A stretch of 37,078 bases of DNA. It comes from an uncultured Clostridia bacterium. Lineage in GTDB: Bacteria; Bacillota; Clostridia; Christensenellales; Aristaeellaceae. Under the pieces are notes generated by a model. That model was not told where the DNA came from. It worked only from the letters and a program-made list of their open reading frames with translations, and did not search any database. The position numbers and the translations under genes were made by a program. The stretch lies in the NCBI GenBank assembly GCA_934647145.1, contig CAKUFB010000001.1, positions 1 to 37,078 of the forward strand, written 5' to 3'. Below are positions 1 through 8,878 of the stretch, one piece after another (the first letter of the stretch is position 1; each line of letters begins with the position of its first letter).

Positions 1-561
1 TCGGCCGAGTACCGGATGTACCCGCAGGCGCGCTATCCGGACTACCTGCTCGACGCGGCCTGGGCGGTCGCGTACCTGCAAAAGCACGCCCCGGAATTCG
101 GCGCGGGGCAGCGGCTGATCGTGTCCGGCCAGTCGGCGGGCGCATACCTGACCATGATGCTGGCGCTCAATCCCGCCTTCCTGTGCAACGCCGGCGCGGA
201 CGCCTCGCGCGTTTTCGCCTTCGTGGCCGACAGCGCGCAGCAGACCACGCATTTTAACGTCCTGCGGGAGCGCGGCGTCGATTCCCGCGCCGAACGGATT
301 GACGAGGCCGCGCCGCTTTTCTATGTCGGCCAGGCCGCCCTGCCCGCGCCGCTGCTGATGCTTGCCTATGCGCAGGACATCCCCTGCCGCCTGCAGCAGA
401 ACGAGCTGATGCTGCACAGTCTCAGGCGCTTTCATCCGGACGCGCCCGCCGAACTGCACGTGCTGCCCGGCGGGCACTGCGAAGGCTCCTCCCAGGCCGG
501 TGAAAACGGCGACTTCCCGTATGTGCTCGAGCTGAAGCGGTTCATTGATCGCCTGAAGTAA
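1..561 (+). CDS. alpha/beta-hydrolase fold esterase/lipase-type protein, 5'-truncated by the window edge
   Basis: The frame is open from nt 1, with no stop before the listed Met at 16. It has a GQSAG nucleophile elbow (G-x-S-x-G) in ...RLIVSGQSAGAYL..., and a C-terminal ...LPGGHCEG... typical of the His region of fold-3 esterases. Confidence 0.7.
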   Translation, partial: SAEYRMYPQARYPDYLLDAAWAVAYLQKHAPEFGAGQRLIVSGQSAGAYLTMMLALNPAFLCNAGADASRVFAFVADSAQQTTHFNVLRERGVDSRAERIDEAAPLFYVGQAALPAPLLMLAYAQDIPCRLQQNELMLHSLRRFHPDAPAELHVLPGGHCEGSSQAGENGDFPYVLELKRFIDRLK

Positions 562-565
562 GCCG

Positions 566-605
566 CACCCCCGAACGGCCTCAGCCGCCCGGGGGTGTTT
601 CGTAT
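566..605. terminator. hairpin between convergent genes (hydrolase + / glpK -)
   Basis: CACCCCCG (566-573) pairs with CGGGGGTG (590-597) and is followed by TTTCGTATT. It sits between stop codons at 559-561 and 616-618. Confidence 0.45.
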
Positions 606-615
606 TCTGTTGAGG

Positions 616-2100
<1,485 letters not shown>

Positions 2101-2126
2101 GTCGTTCTCCCTTTCAGTTTTTGCAT

Positions 2127-2259
2127 ACAGACTTCGGTCTGTTCTTTGCGCGTTCCGAAATCCCGGCCCGTCCCTTTCGCGGTCGTTCAGCCGGGCTATG
2201 CAGAACAGACCGCCGTCGGTTTTGACTCCGTTTTCCGGTTTGAGCAGACCCCGGTCTGT
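2127..2259 (-). promoter_or_regulatory. three copies of an ACAGAC-N4-GTCTGT-type inverted repeat in the glpK upstream region
   Basis: The copies are ACAGAC-ttcg-GTCTGT (2127-2142), a degenerate ACAGAC-cgcc-GTCgGT (2205-2220), and CAGAC-cccg-GTCTG (2245-2258). Confidence 0.35.
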
Positions 2260-2322
2260 TTTTGTCCGTTTTTTGAAAAGACCGCTCACCAGCTTCTGAT
2301 GAACGGTCGTATGGTACGGAAA

Positions 2323-4059
2323 TCAGCCGATCTCAATGCCGTAGATCTTCCCGCCGCGCGTTCCGATCACCAGCATATCGTCAAAGAGCGCCGGAGAACC
2401 CTCGATGTTGCTGCCCAGCTCGATCGAGGTCAGGATCGTGCCGGTCGACGCATCGATCATGTGCAGCATGCCGGCTGACGTCGCCTGGAACAGCCGTGCG
2501 TTTCCTTCCGAATCGCAGCTGATCGTGGGCGAAGACCAGGCATAGCCGCCCACGTCCAGCGTCCAGACCTTGTTGCCCGTGCGCTTTTCGCAGGCGATCA
2601 GCAGGTTGCCCTCCACGCCGCGCGCCACGGTAAAGAACACCATGTCCTCGACGCTGCCCCTGCCGATGGCGGGGGTCGCGAAGCAGCCGCCCAGCTGGTT
2701 GTCGCGCACGGCGACCTCCTGGCACCAGATCTCTTCGCCCAGCAGGGCGTCCAGGCAGCGCAGCTGTACCTTGCCGGTCTTGCCGCTCTGATCCAGCTCG
2801 TTGCAGGTGTAGAGATAGACGTTCCCCTTGTCGTCCTCTTCGAGCACGATCGAGGCGTCGGTATCGTCGCCGGCGTTGAAGCACCAGACCGGCTTGGCGG
2901 TGTAAAGATCCAGGCAGGTAATCAGGCCGGAGTTGTCGGCGAAGTAAACATAGTGGTTATAAGCCGCCGCGCCGCCCTCAATGCCGGTTCGCTTTCCCTT
3001 GCCGCGGGTGTAGACGTACTTGCTGACCTGCGGGGAAATGGACACCGCGCCGTCCTCGATGTTCGTGTTGAGCTCGATCAGGTACACCAGGCCGTTTTCA
3101 CTGGGCCAGATCAGCGTGTCGCCGTACAGAAGCGGCGCGCTGTCGCAGGCGTACCAGGCGTTGGTCGCCTGGCTGTCGCGGCCGTCCAGGAAGTACAGAA
3201 GCGACCCGTCCACCAGGCTGAAGATGCGCATGCCGCAGTCAATCTCCTCGCCGCCCACCTTGTCCGTTCCCTGGCCGACGTACAGAAGCGGCAGGCCGCG
3301 CGGATCAAGGGTGACGCTGCCCTTCACCGGCGCGCCGACCGAGATCGGGTCGCGGGTCGGGGTGCCGTCGGCGAGATCGAAGAAGTAGATGTTGCCGTCC
3401 TGCGCGGGGCAGATCGCCTCGACGAGGCCGTCGTACTTCTTACTCTCATACAGGTTCATCTGCTCGAGCGCCTCGCTGTCCCAGCGCACGATGGCGGGCT
3501 GACAGGACCAGCCGACGCCGGTATAGGGGCCCGTGGAGCCCACGTCCAGCGAATAGGCGATCATCAGGCTGCCCGCTCCGGCAGGCAGCGTGCCGTACGC
3601 GCCGCCGTCGCGGAAATTATTGCCGCGGAAGGTGGTCACGCCCTGCAGGTCGGTATAGTACATGCCGTTTTCGAACGGCGAGCCTTCCGCCTGGGTCATG
3701 CCGGCCAGCCGTTCGCCGTTTTTGTTGTAGATTTCGGTATTTACGCCCAGATTGTTCGGCTTTTGAGCCTTGGCAATGGCGTTTTCGTCGATCTCCTGAA
3801 GCGGCTGAGGCTCAGGCGTCACAGTCGGCTCCGCAGTGGGCTCGGCCGTCGGCGCAGGCGTCTCGGTCGGTTCCGGAGTGGCGGTGGGCTCGGGCGTCGG
3901 GCTGGGCGAAGGAGTCGCCGTCACGAACGGGTTGACCTTTGTCACCAGCGTCGGGTCGTCCAGGAGCAGAAAGCCGATTGCCGCAGCCAGCGCCAGCACA
4001 ATGACCGCGAACAGTATGCGCCGAATCCTGGCGTTCTTTTTTTTCGTCTTCTTGCTCAT
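2323..4059 (-). CDS. membrane-anchored PQQ-like (BamB-type) beta-propeller repeat protein with a Pro/Thr/Glu-rich linker
   Basis: The N-terminus has a basic stretch plus TM (MSKKTKKKNARIRRILFAVIVLALAAAIGFLLL). A TPSPSPTPEPTATPEPTETPAPTAEPTAEPTVTPEP linker follows. Repeated ...G.VY....dG.l.alD..tG...W blades run to the C-terminus. There is an AAGGAG upstream of the ATG. Confidence 0.75.
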   Translation of the reverse strand: MSKKTKKKNARIRRILFAVIVLALAAAIGFLLLDDPTLVTKVNPFVTATPSPSPTPEPTATPEPTETPAPTAEPTAEPTVTPEPQPLQEIDENAIAKAQKPNNLGVNTEIYNKNGERLAGMTQAEGSPFENGMYYTDLQGVTTFRGNNFRDGGAYGTLPAGAGSLMIAYSLDVGSTGPYTGVGWSCQPAIVRWDSEALEQMNLYESKKYDGLVEAICPAQDGNIYFFDLADGTPTRDPISVGAPVKGSVTLDPRGLPLLYVGQGTDKVGGEEIDCGMRIFSLVDGSLLYFLDGRDSQATNAWYACDSAPLLYGDTLIWPSENGLVYLIELNTNIEDGAVSISPQVSKYVYTRGKGKRTGIEGGAAAYNHYVYFADNSGLITCLDLYTAKPVWCFNAGDDTDASIVLEEDDKGNVYLYTCNELDQSGKTGKVQLRCLDALLGEEIWCQEVAVRDNQLGGCFATPAIGRGSVEDMVFFTVARGVEGNLLIACEKRTGNKVWTLDVGGYAWSSPTISCDSEGNARLFQATSAGMLHMIDASTGTILTSIELGSNIEGSPALFDDMLVIGTRGGKIYGIEIG

Positions 4060-4088
4060 AAGGCTTCAGTCTCCTTGTTCAGAGGCGC

Positions 4089-6023
4089 TCAGGGCTTGGG
4101 GAAGACGGTGTTGATAAAGGACAGGCGCTCGCCCACGCCGTTTCTGAGCCAGTCGAGCGACACGCGGCCGCTGGCCTCGAGCAGGCGCAGCACGAAGATC
4201 GCCAGCAGCACGATCAGCGCCACGGCGAGCAGGCCCTTGAAGAAGCCGAGCAGGCGCTTGATGAAGCTGCTTCCTTCTTCCTCGTCGTCCTCTTCGTCCT
4301 CGTCGTCGTCCTCGTCTTCGTCCTCGTCATCCTCGTCGTAGTCGTCCTCGTCGTCGTAATCGTCGTAATCGTCGTCGTCATCCTCGTCGTCCTCGATCAC
4401 GCGGCGCTTCTTTTTCTCTTTCTTCTCGGCCTTTGCCTTTTCCCTGCGCTTTTTGGGCTGCTCCTCTTCCTCATCGTCCTCGTCCTCGTCGTCCGCATAG
4501 TCCAGATCGTCCAGCGGCTTTCTGGCGGTCTTGTGCACCGGGTGGAACTCGACGGTCGGCTCCTCCTCCACGGAACGCTCGGAAAGGTTCATCTCCAGAT
4601 CGTCCGCCACGCCCTTGGCGGCGTTTTTCTTTTCGGTATCACCGGCAGCGTTCAGCGCGCGGCGCTCTCGCCTGGACAGGGAAGGCGTATCGCTCATACC
4701 CTCCGCCAGCAGTTCGCTCAGGGACTTCTGATTGTCTTCCATGTTCATTGTCCTTTCCTTCTTATGATTGATCGGCGCAGCGGGCGCGTCGGCGGGCTCG
4801 TCTTCCTCGTCTTCGTCGTCGTCTTCTTGCTCTTCGTCGTCCTCGTCCTTGACCTTTTTGCGGCCGAAGAGCGACCTCAGGCGGCCCTTGAAACCGTCGG
4901 ACGGCTCGTCTTCCTCATATTCCTCGTCGTCCTCTTCGATTTCCTCCTCGTCGGCCTCCTCGTCGTCCTCGTATTCCTCTTCAGACTCGTCGTATTCGCC
5001 GTCTTCCTCGCCATCTTCGTCTTCCTCGTCGTCCGCTTCGTCCTCCCCGGCCTTTTTCTTCCTGCGGGTGAAGAGCGACTTGAGGCCGGAGAGCAGGTTC
5101 GCCCTGGGCGCGTCCTCCTCGAATTCTTCCTCTTCCTCTTCGGGCTCAAAGGGCGTTTCAAGCGTCAGACCGGCCGCCGCGGGGGAGTCGACCGGCGCGA
5201 CGTCCGCAGGCGCGTCCGCGGCTTCCTCTGCCCTTTCAGGCTGCGCGTCCGGACGCTCTGCCGCTTTTTCAGGCTCAGGCTGCGCGTCGGCAATCTCCTC
5301 GCCCTTTTCCGGCTCTATCGGCGCATCCGGGACTTCCTTCGCCGCTTCAGGCTGCGCGTCCGGTATTTCCTCGCCCTTCTCCGGCTCGCTGAGCGGCTCC
5401 TCGTACTCGTCGAAGTCCTCTTCCTCGATCGAATCCTCGCGGCGCAGTCTGGAGGCCAGCTTTCTGGAGCCCGACTTAACCCTCGCGCCCAGCGCAGAGA
5501 GCAGACCGCCCGCCTTCGCCAGGTTTTCCTTCATCGCCTGTGCGAAATCAGGCCCGGCCTCCTCCTCGCCTTCGTCCTCATCCTCGCCGGCTTCTTTATA
5601 TGCCTCGTCATATGCCTCGTCATATGACTCGTTATACGCCTCATCATACGACTCTTTGTACGCTTCCTCGTACGCCTCGTCCGCGGGCGCCTCTTCCGGC
5701 TGATCCGGTGCGTCGATGCGCTTTTCCTCAGCCGGTTCCGCCGCAGACTCCGCAGCCGCCTCTTTCGGCGTGCCCGTTTCCTCCTTCGGCGCCTCCTGTT
5801 GGGGGATTTCCGGCTTGCGGGGTGCCTTTTCCTGGGCAATCGCTTCCGCCCGGGCCTTCGGCGCTTCCTTTTGCGCGTCCGGCTCCTCGCCCATGCGCGC
5901 GGTCACCGTTGCGCTGGTCGTCTTGCTGCGACGCTGCTGATCCTCTGTCCGTTCATACTGCCGTTCCAGTCTTTCCAGGAACTGACCGCACTCGCGTTCC
6001 ACATCCTTTGCGTTGCGTGCCAT
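4089..6023 (-). CDS. hyper-acidic, low-complexity, C-terminally membrane-anchored protein of unknown function
   Basis: This is a long ORF dominated by Asp/Glu tracts with a single C-terminal TM (GLLAVALIVLLAIFVLRLL). I chose the start at ATG 6023 (MARNAKDVERE...), preceded by GAGGTG at 6 nt. The listed start at 6116 lies inside the putative -10 box. The gene sits 29 nt upstream of the beta-propeller gene on the same strand. Confidence 0.7.
   Translation of the reverse strand: MARNAKDVERECGQFLERLERQYERTEDQQRRSKTTSATVTARMGEEPDAQKEAPKARAEAIAQEKAPRKPEIPQQEAPKEETGTPKEAAAESAAEPAEEKRIDAPDQPEEAPADEAYEEAYKESYDEAYNESYDEAYDEAYKEAGEDEDEGEEEAGPDFAQAMKENLAKAGGLLSALGARVKSGSRKLASRLRREDSIEEEDFDEYEEPLSEPEKGEEIPDAQPEAAKEVPDAPIEPEKGEEIADAQPEPEKAAERPDAQPERAEEAADAPADVAPVDSPAAAGLTLETPFEPEEEEEEFEEDAPRANLLSGLKSLFTRRKKKAGEDEADDEEDEDGEEDGEYDESEEEYEDDEEADEEEIEEDDEEYEEDEPSDGFKGRLRSLFGRKKVKDEDDEEQEDDDEDEEDEPADAPAAPINHKKERTMNMEDNQKSLSELLAEGMSDTPSLSRRERRALNAAGDTEKKNAAKGVADDLEMNLSERSVEEEPTVEFHPVHKTARKPLDDLDYADDEDEDDEEEEQPKKRREKAKAEKKEKKKRRVIEDDEDDDDDYDDYDDEDDYDEDDEDEDEDDDEDEEDDEEEGSSFIKRLLGFFKGLLAVALIVLLAIFVLRLLEASGRVSLDWLRNGVGERLSFINTVFPKP
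5598..5681 (-). repeat. seven tandem 12-nt units inside the acidic-protein gene, encoding (D/E/K/N)-(E)-(A/S)-Y x7
   Basis: On the plus strand the units read ATATGCCTCGTC / ATATGCCTCGTC / ATATGACTCGTT / ATACGCCTCATC / ATACGACTCTTT / GTACGCTTCCTC / GTACGCCTCGTC. The protein reads DEAYEEAYKESYDEAYNESYDEAYDEAY. Confidence 0.8.
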
Positions 6024-6107
6024 CTTCAGCACCTCACACTCCATATTGGTTTTTCTGCAGGCGTGCGCCGCTTTTGCGCACAATCCTTCAGTGTGCCTAA
6101 TAATACT

Positions 6108-6125
6108 CTTTACCATTATACCACA
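6108..6125 (-). promoter_or_regulatory. extended -10 promoter (TGgTATAAT) for the acidic-protein/beta-propeller operon
   Basis: The minus strand reads ...gagagtgTGgTATAATggtaaag..., with TATAAT at plus coordinates 6115-6120. It lies about 90 nt upstream of ATG 6023. The -35 region is weak. Confidence 0.4.
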
Positions 6126-6250
6126 CTCTCGCGAAAATGGAAGAGGATATCGCGAATTTAGTCAATCATTACACACTCTTCATGTTCCGCTCCCCGCCTT
6201 CTGAGCGCATCTGCGCGGCGCGGGCGGCGCGTTTCGAGCCGTATGAGCGC

Positions 6251-6281
6251 AAAAACCGGCGCTTTTAACGCGTCGGTTTTT
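6251..6281. terminator. hairpin flanked by an A-run and a T-run, downstream of the 7-TM gene
   Basis: The sequence is AAAAA-CCGGCGC-ttttaac-GCGTCGG-TTTTT. On minus-strand RNA the stem has one A/C mismatch. It starts about 25 nt past the TAA at 6305-6307. Confidence 0.4.
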
Positions 6282-6304
6282 GCGGGCAGATGAGCCGCCG
6301 CTGT

Positions 6305-6970
6305 TTACCTGCATTCCTTTTTCATTGCGCGGTAGCCGATCAGCACCGTCCACACATAGGCGCAGGTCTTGGGGATCATCAGCATCCCGATGAAGGGAAC
6401 GGCGTCCGCCCACAGCACAACCGGGATATAGAAGCCAAAGCTCAGCACGATGGTTAGCTACATCCAGCGGAACGCCCGGTCCTCATGCGCCCTGGCGCTG
6501 CGATAGAACAGCACGATGATCAGCAGGCCCATTAGCGCAAAGGGGATGTTGCGGTAAACGCCCCAGGCGAGCGGCGAGTCGGCGCTCAGCCACTGATTCT
6601 GCGGCATCATGCACAGGGCGATTCGCGCGGCGGACAGGGCGTACACGGCGGCGGTCAGGCCGGCCTGTCCCCTGACCTGGTAGCGCTGCCGCCAGACGTA
6701 GTAGAGCAGCACGTAAAAGACGGTCATGGTGACCGAGGTGATCCACTTGCCAAGGCCCAGCGCAGCGGTATAGCTTTCAAGGCCCGTGGTACACAGTGCC
6801 AGCGCGCGGGGAACCAGGTGGAAGGCGTCTCCCGCTCCCAGCACCACCGCCATCAGGCCGAACAGCCGGAACTGCGCGTTCCCCCGGCTGTTTCGAATCA
6901 TCCGGACGCCGATGGTGATAACAGACGCCAGATAGAGCGCGTCAAAGAGGGTTTCAACAATTGCCTGCAT
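6305..6970 (-). pseudogene. 7-TM integral membrane protein interrupted by an in-frame TAG (6458-6460)
   Basis: The listed ORF 6458..6970 (170 aa, about 5 TM) ends ...FRWM-TAG. The same frame then continues for 50 more sense codons, LTIVLSFGFYIPVVLWADAVPFIGMLMIPKTCAYVWTVLIGYRAMKKECR (two further TM helices), to TAA 6305-6307. A hairpin follows. There is an AAGGAG 8 nt upstream of ATG 6970. Confidence 0.6.
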
Positions 6971-7024
6971 CAGTCATTCTCCTTTTCGTTTGATTGATCT
7001 CGCGCCATGGAGGCGCGGCGAAGG

Positions 7025-7081
7025 CTATGGGCGCGTACCGCCCGCCGCGCGGGGAGGCGGCGCATTTCCTTTCGCTTTCAT
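7025..7081 (-). CDS. candidate 18-codon leader ORF (MKAKGNAPPPRAAGGTRP)
   Basis: The ATG at 7081 is preceded by GGAAAGGAGGGAGAGC, a GGAGG with 6-nt spacing. The stop is TAG at 7025-7027. The ORF lies between tetR and the 7-TM gene on the same strand. No homology claim is possible. Confidence 0.35.
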   Translation of the reverse strand: MKAKGNAPPPRAAGGTRP

Positions 7082-7099
7082 GCTCTCCCTCCTTTCCGA

Positions 7100-7112
7100 T
7101 GAACAGTGTTCA
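7100..7112. promoter_or_regulatory. second TGAAC-N3-GTTCA palindrome (putative TetR operator)
   Basis: TGAAC-agt-GTTCA shares its core with the 21-bp palindrome at 7722-7742. Confidence 0.4.
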
Positions 7113-7120
7113 ATTTGCCT

Positions 7121-7151
7121 CGCGAAAAATTCCCACAGGTGAATGGGAATT
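7121..7151 (-). terminator. weak AT-rich hairpin immediately after the tetR stop
   Basis: The minus strand reads AATTCCCA-ttcacctg-TGGGAATT-TTTCG, starting right after the TGA at 7152-7154. Confidence 0.4.
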
Positions 7152-7709
7152 TCAGTAAAGGGTTCTGCGAATGAGCTCCAGCACGGCGGACGGGTCGTAG
7201 TCCTGCCGCAGCAGCGCGCAGAACATGAGGGAAAACAGTATTCCCGCGAATTTCTCCGGCGTGAACTGCTCCGTGAAGGCGTCCGCCCGAATCCTGGGAT
7301 CGCGCTTCAGGACGAAGCACAGTCCGTCCTGAATGTGCCGCCAGGTCTTATGCATGCGCCGTTTCCCGTCGGATTGATCCTCCCCGATGAAGCCCAGGGA
7401 ATGAAGGGTAAAAAAGCCGGGATACCGCTCGCAGCCGTAGGCCATCCGCCGGTACGCCCACGCGACGCAGGCCTGAATGTCCTGAAACACGGCGGCGTCC
7501 TGCGGGCGCTGAAAGATCTCGCGCCATACGCTCTCCACCGTCTCCGCAACCAGCTCCGCCTTGGAATCGAAATAGTTGTAGATCGAGCCGGACGACACCC
7601 CGCAGGCCGCCGCGACAGAGCGAATGCTGACCGCGGACCATCCCTGCCGCTTGATCAGCTCCCGGCTGGCCCTGAGGATCTCCTCCCTGGACGTGACAAT
7701 CGTATTCAT
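7152..7709 (-). CDS. TetR/AcrR family transcriptional regulator
   Basis: The N-terminal HTH is ...ILRASRELIKRQGWSAVSIRSVAAACGVSSGSIYNYFDSKAELV... I chose the start at ATG 7709 (MNTIVTS...), which has a GGAG about 9 nt upstream. The listed TTG start at 7772 coincides with the -35 box. Confidence 0.9.
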   Translation of the reverse strand: MNTIVTSREEILRASRELIKRQGWSAVSIRSVAAACGVSSGSIYNYFDSKAELVAETVESVWREIFQRPQDAAVFQDIQACVAWAYRRMAYGCERYPGFFTLHSLGFIGEDQSDGKRRMHKTWRHIQDGLCFVLKRDPRIRADAFTEQFTPEKFAGILFSLMFCALLRQDYDPSAVLELIRRTLY

Positions 7710-7721
7710 ACACCCATCTCC

Positions 7722-7772
7722 AAACTGAACACCGTTCAGTTTCATTATAGCGTCCGCCTCGCGCGTTGTCAA
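7722..7772 (-). promoter_or_regulatory. consensus promoter plus palindromic operator of tetR
   Basis: On the minus strand, TTGACA (7767-7772) is followed by a 17-nt spacer and TATAAT (7744-7749). The perfect palindrome AAACTGAAC-acc-GTTCAGTTT (7722-7742) then covers the expected transcription start. Confidence 0.6.
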
Positions 7773-7863
7773 GCGGGGACGGGAATTTTACACGAATATC
7801 CGTTTTGCTCTTTATTTTCCCTTCCCTGCCGCGAAGGCGCGGCCGGCGTGAGCAAACTTGCGG

Positions 7864-7892
7864 TTGACGCGAGCCGGTGCCTGCGATAAAAT
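7864..7892 (+). promoter_or_regulatory. putative promoter of the DHDPS-family lyase gene
   Basis: TTGACG (7864-7869) is followed by a 17-nt spacer and TAAAAT (7887-7892), about 85 nt upstream of ATG 7976. Confidence 0.45.
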
Positions 7893-7975
7893 AAGGAAGA
7901 GAAAGGACGAGCGGGGAGCCGTCCGCAGACCGGAAAAAAGCCTGTCGGGGGACAGGAGAATTGCAGGAGGAATGA

Positions 7976-8878
7976 ATGATGAAAAACATCCGTTTTACCG
8001 GCGTTATGCCCGCCCTTGTGACCCCGTTCGACGCGGAGGGCCATGTCAGGAGGGCGACTGTGAAGAGCCTGATGGACTGGCAGCTGTCCGCCGGCATGAA
8101 GGGCTTTTACATCTGCGGCAGCACCGGCGAAGGCCCGGCGCTGATGCGCTCCACCCGGATGGAGATGGCCGAGGCCGCCGTCGAGGCCGCCGGGGGCCGC
8201 GGCGCGATCATCGATCACATCGGCGCGCCCAACATCCTCGACACGCTCGCGCTGGTCAGGCACGCAACCGAAATCGGCGTGGACGCGCTTTCGTCGCTCG
8301 CGCCCACCTATTCCTTCCGCTATAACGAGGACGAGCTGGTCGATTACTACAGGCTCATCTCCGACAACACCGACAAGCCCGTGCTGGTCTACGCCACCGA
8401 GGCGATGGGCGTGGACAGCTTTCCCCGGCTCATGTCCCGCCTGATCGAGATTCCCAACGTCATCGGCGTGAAGTTCACGATTCACGACTATTTTGAGATG
8501 CGCAAGACCAGGGAGGTCAACGGCGGCGACATCAACCTGATCAACGGCCCCGACGAGACGCTGCTGTGCGGCCTGGTCATGGGCGCGGACGGCGGCATCG
8601 GCACCACCTACAACGTCATGCCCGAGTGGTTCGTCCGGCTCTACGACGCCTATACCGCCGGCGATCTGGCGACCGCGCAGGCCTGCCAGTACAAAATCAA
8701 CCGCGTCATCGACGCGCTGATCCGCCATTCGCAGTTCGGCGCCATCCGCGCCACCAAGGCCGCGCTGCGGCTCAAGGGCTTTGACGTGGGCGACGCCTGC
8801 TATCCGGCCAGGGCGTTCGACGCGGACAGGATGGCGGCGCTGAAGAAGGAGCTGTCCGAGCTGGGCGTCGAATTCTGA
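7976..8878 (+). CDS. dihydrodipicolinate synthase / N-acetylneuraminate lyase family (class I aldolase) protein
   Basis: It has the ...ALVTPF... N-terminus, the GSTGEG motif, and a Schiff-base lysine context (VIGVKFT). The length is 300 aa. An AGGAGG lies upstream. Confidence 0.85.
   Translation: MMKNIRFTGVMPALVTPFDAEGHVRRATVKSLMDWQLSAGMKGFYICGSTGEGPALMRSTRMEMAEAAVEAAGGRGAIIDHIGAPNILDTLALVRHATEIGVDALSSLAPTYSFRYNEDELVDYYRLISDNTDKPVLVYATEAMGVDSFPRLMSRLIEIPNVIGVKFTIHDYFEMRKTREVNGGDINLINGPDETLLCGLVMGADGGIGTTYNVMPEWFVRLYDAYTAGDLATAQACQYKINRVIDALIRHSQFGAIRATKAALRLKGFDVGDACYPARAFDADRMAALKKELSELGVEF

Noticed and set aside
2101-2289. A 63-codon N-terminal extension of glpK in the ORF track.
   Set aside because: GlpK family proteins begin at MKYIVALDQGTTSS. 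The extension covers the hairpin-rich leader and lacks an SD, whereas ATG 2100 has AAGGGAGAA upstream.
4768-5703. A poly-serine ORF (311 aa) and the SSSS tail of ORF 2953..4341 on the plus strand.
   Set aside because: These are the mirror image of the GAN-codon (Asp/Glu) tracts of the minus-strand acidic protein. They have no RBS or start context. The minus-strand gene has a promoter, an SD and operon linkage.
6180-6413. A 77-aa minus-strand ORF downstream of the 7-TM gene.
   Set aside because: It is in the wrong frame. The frame continuous with the 7-TM gene past the TAG encodes convincing TM helices, while this ORF is Arg/Ala-rich with no start signals.
6458-6460. The TAG read as pyrrolysine, or a genome-wide stop-codon reassignment.
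   Set aside because: No pyl genes are visible in the window. TAG appears to be used as a normal stop elsewhere, for example in the 18-codon ORF. A nonsense mutation or base-call error is more parsimonious. This cannot be fully excluded from one window.
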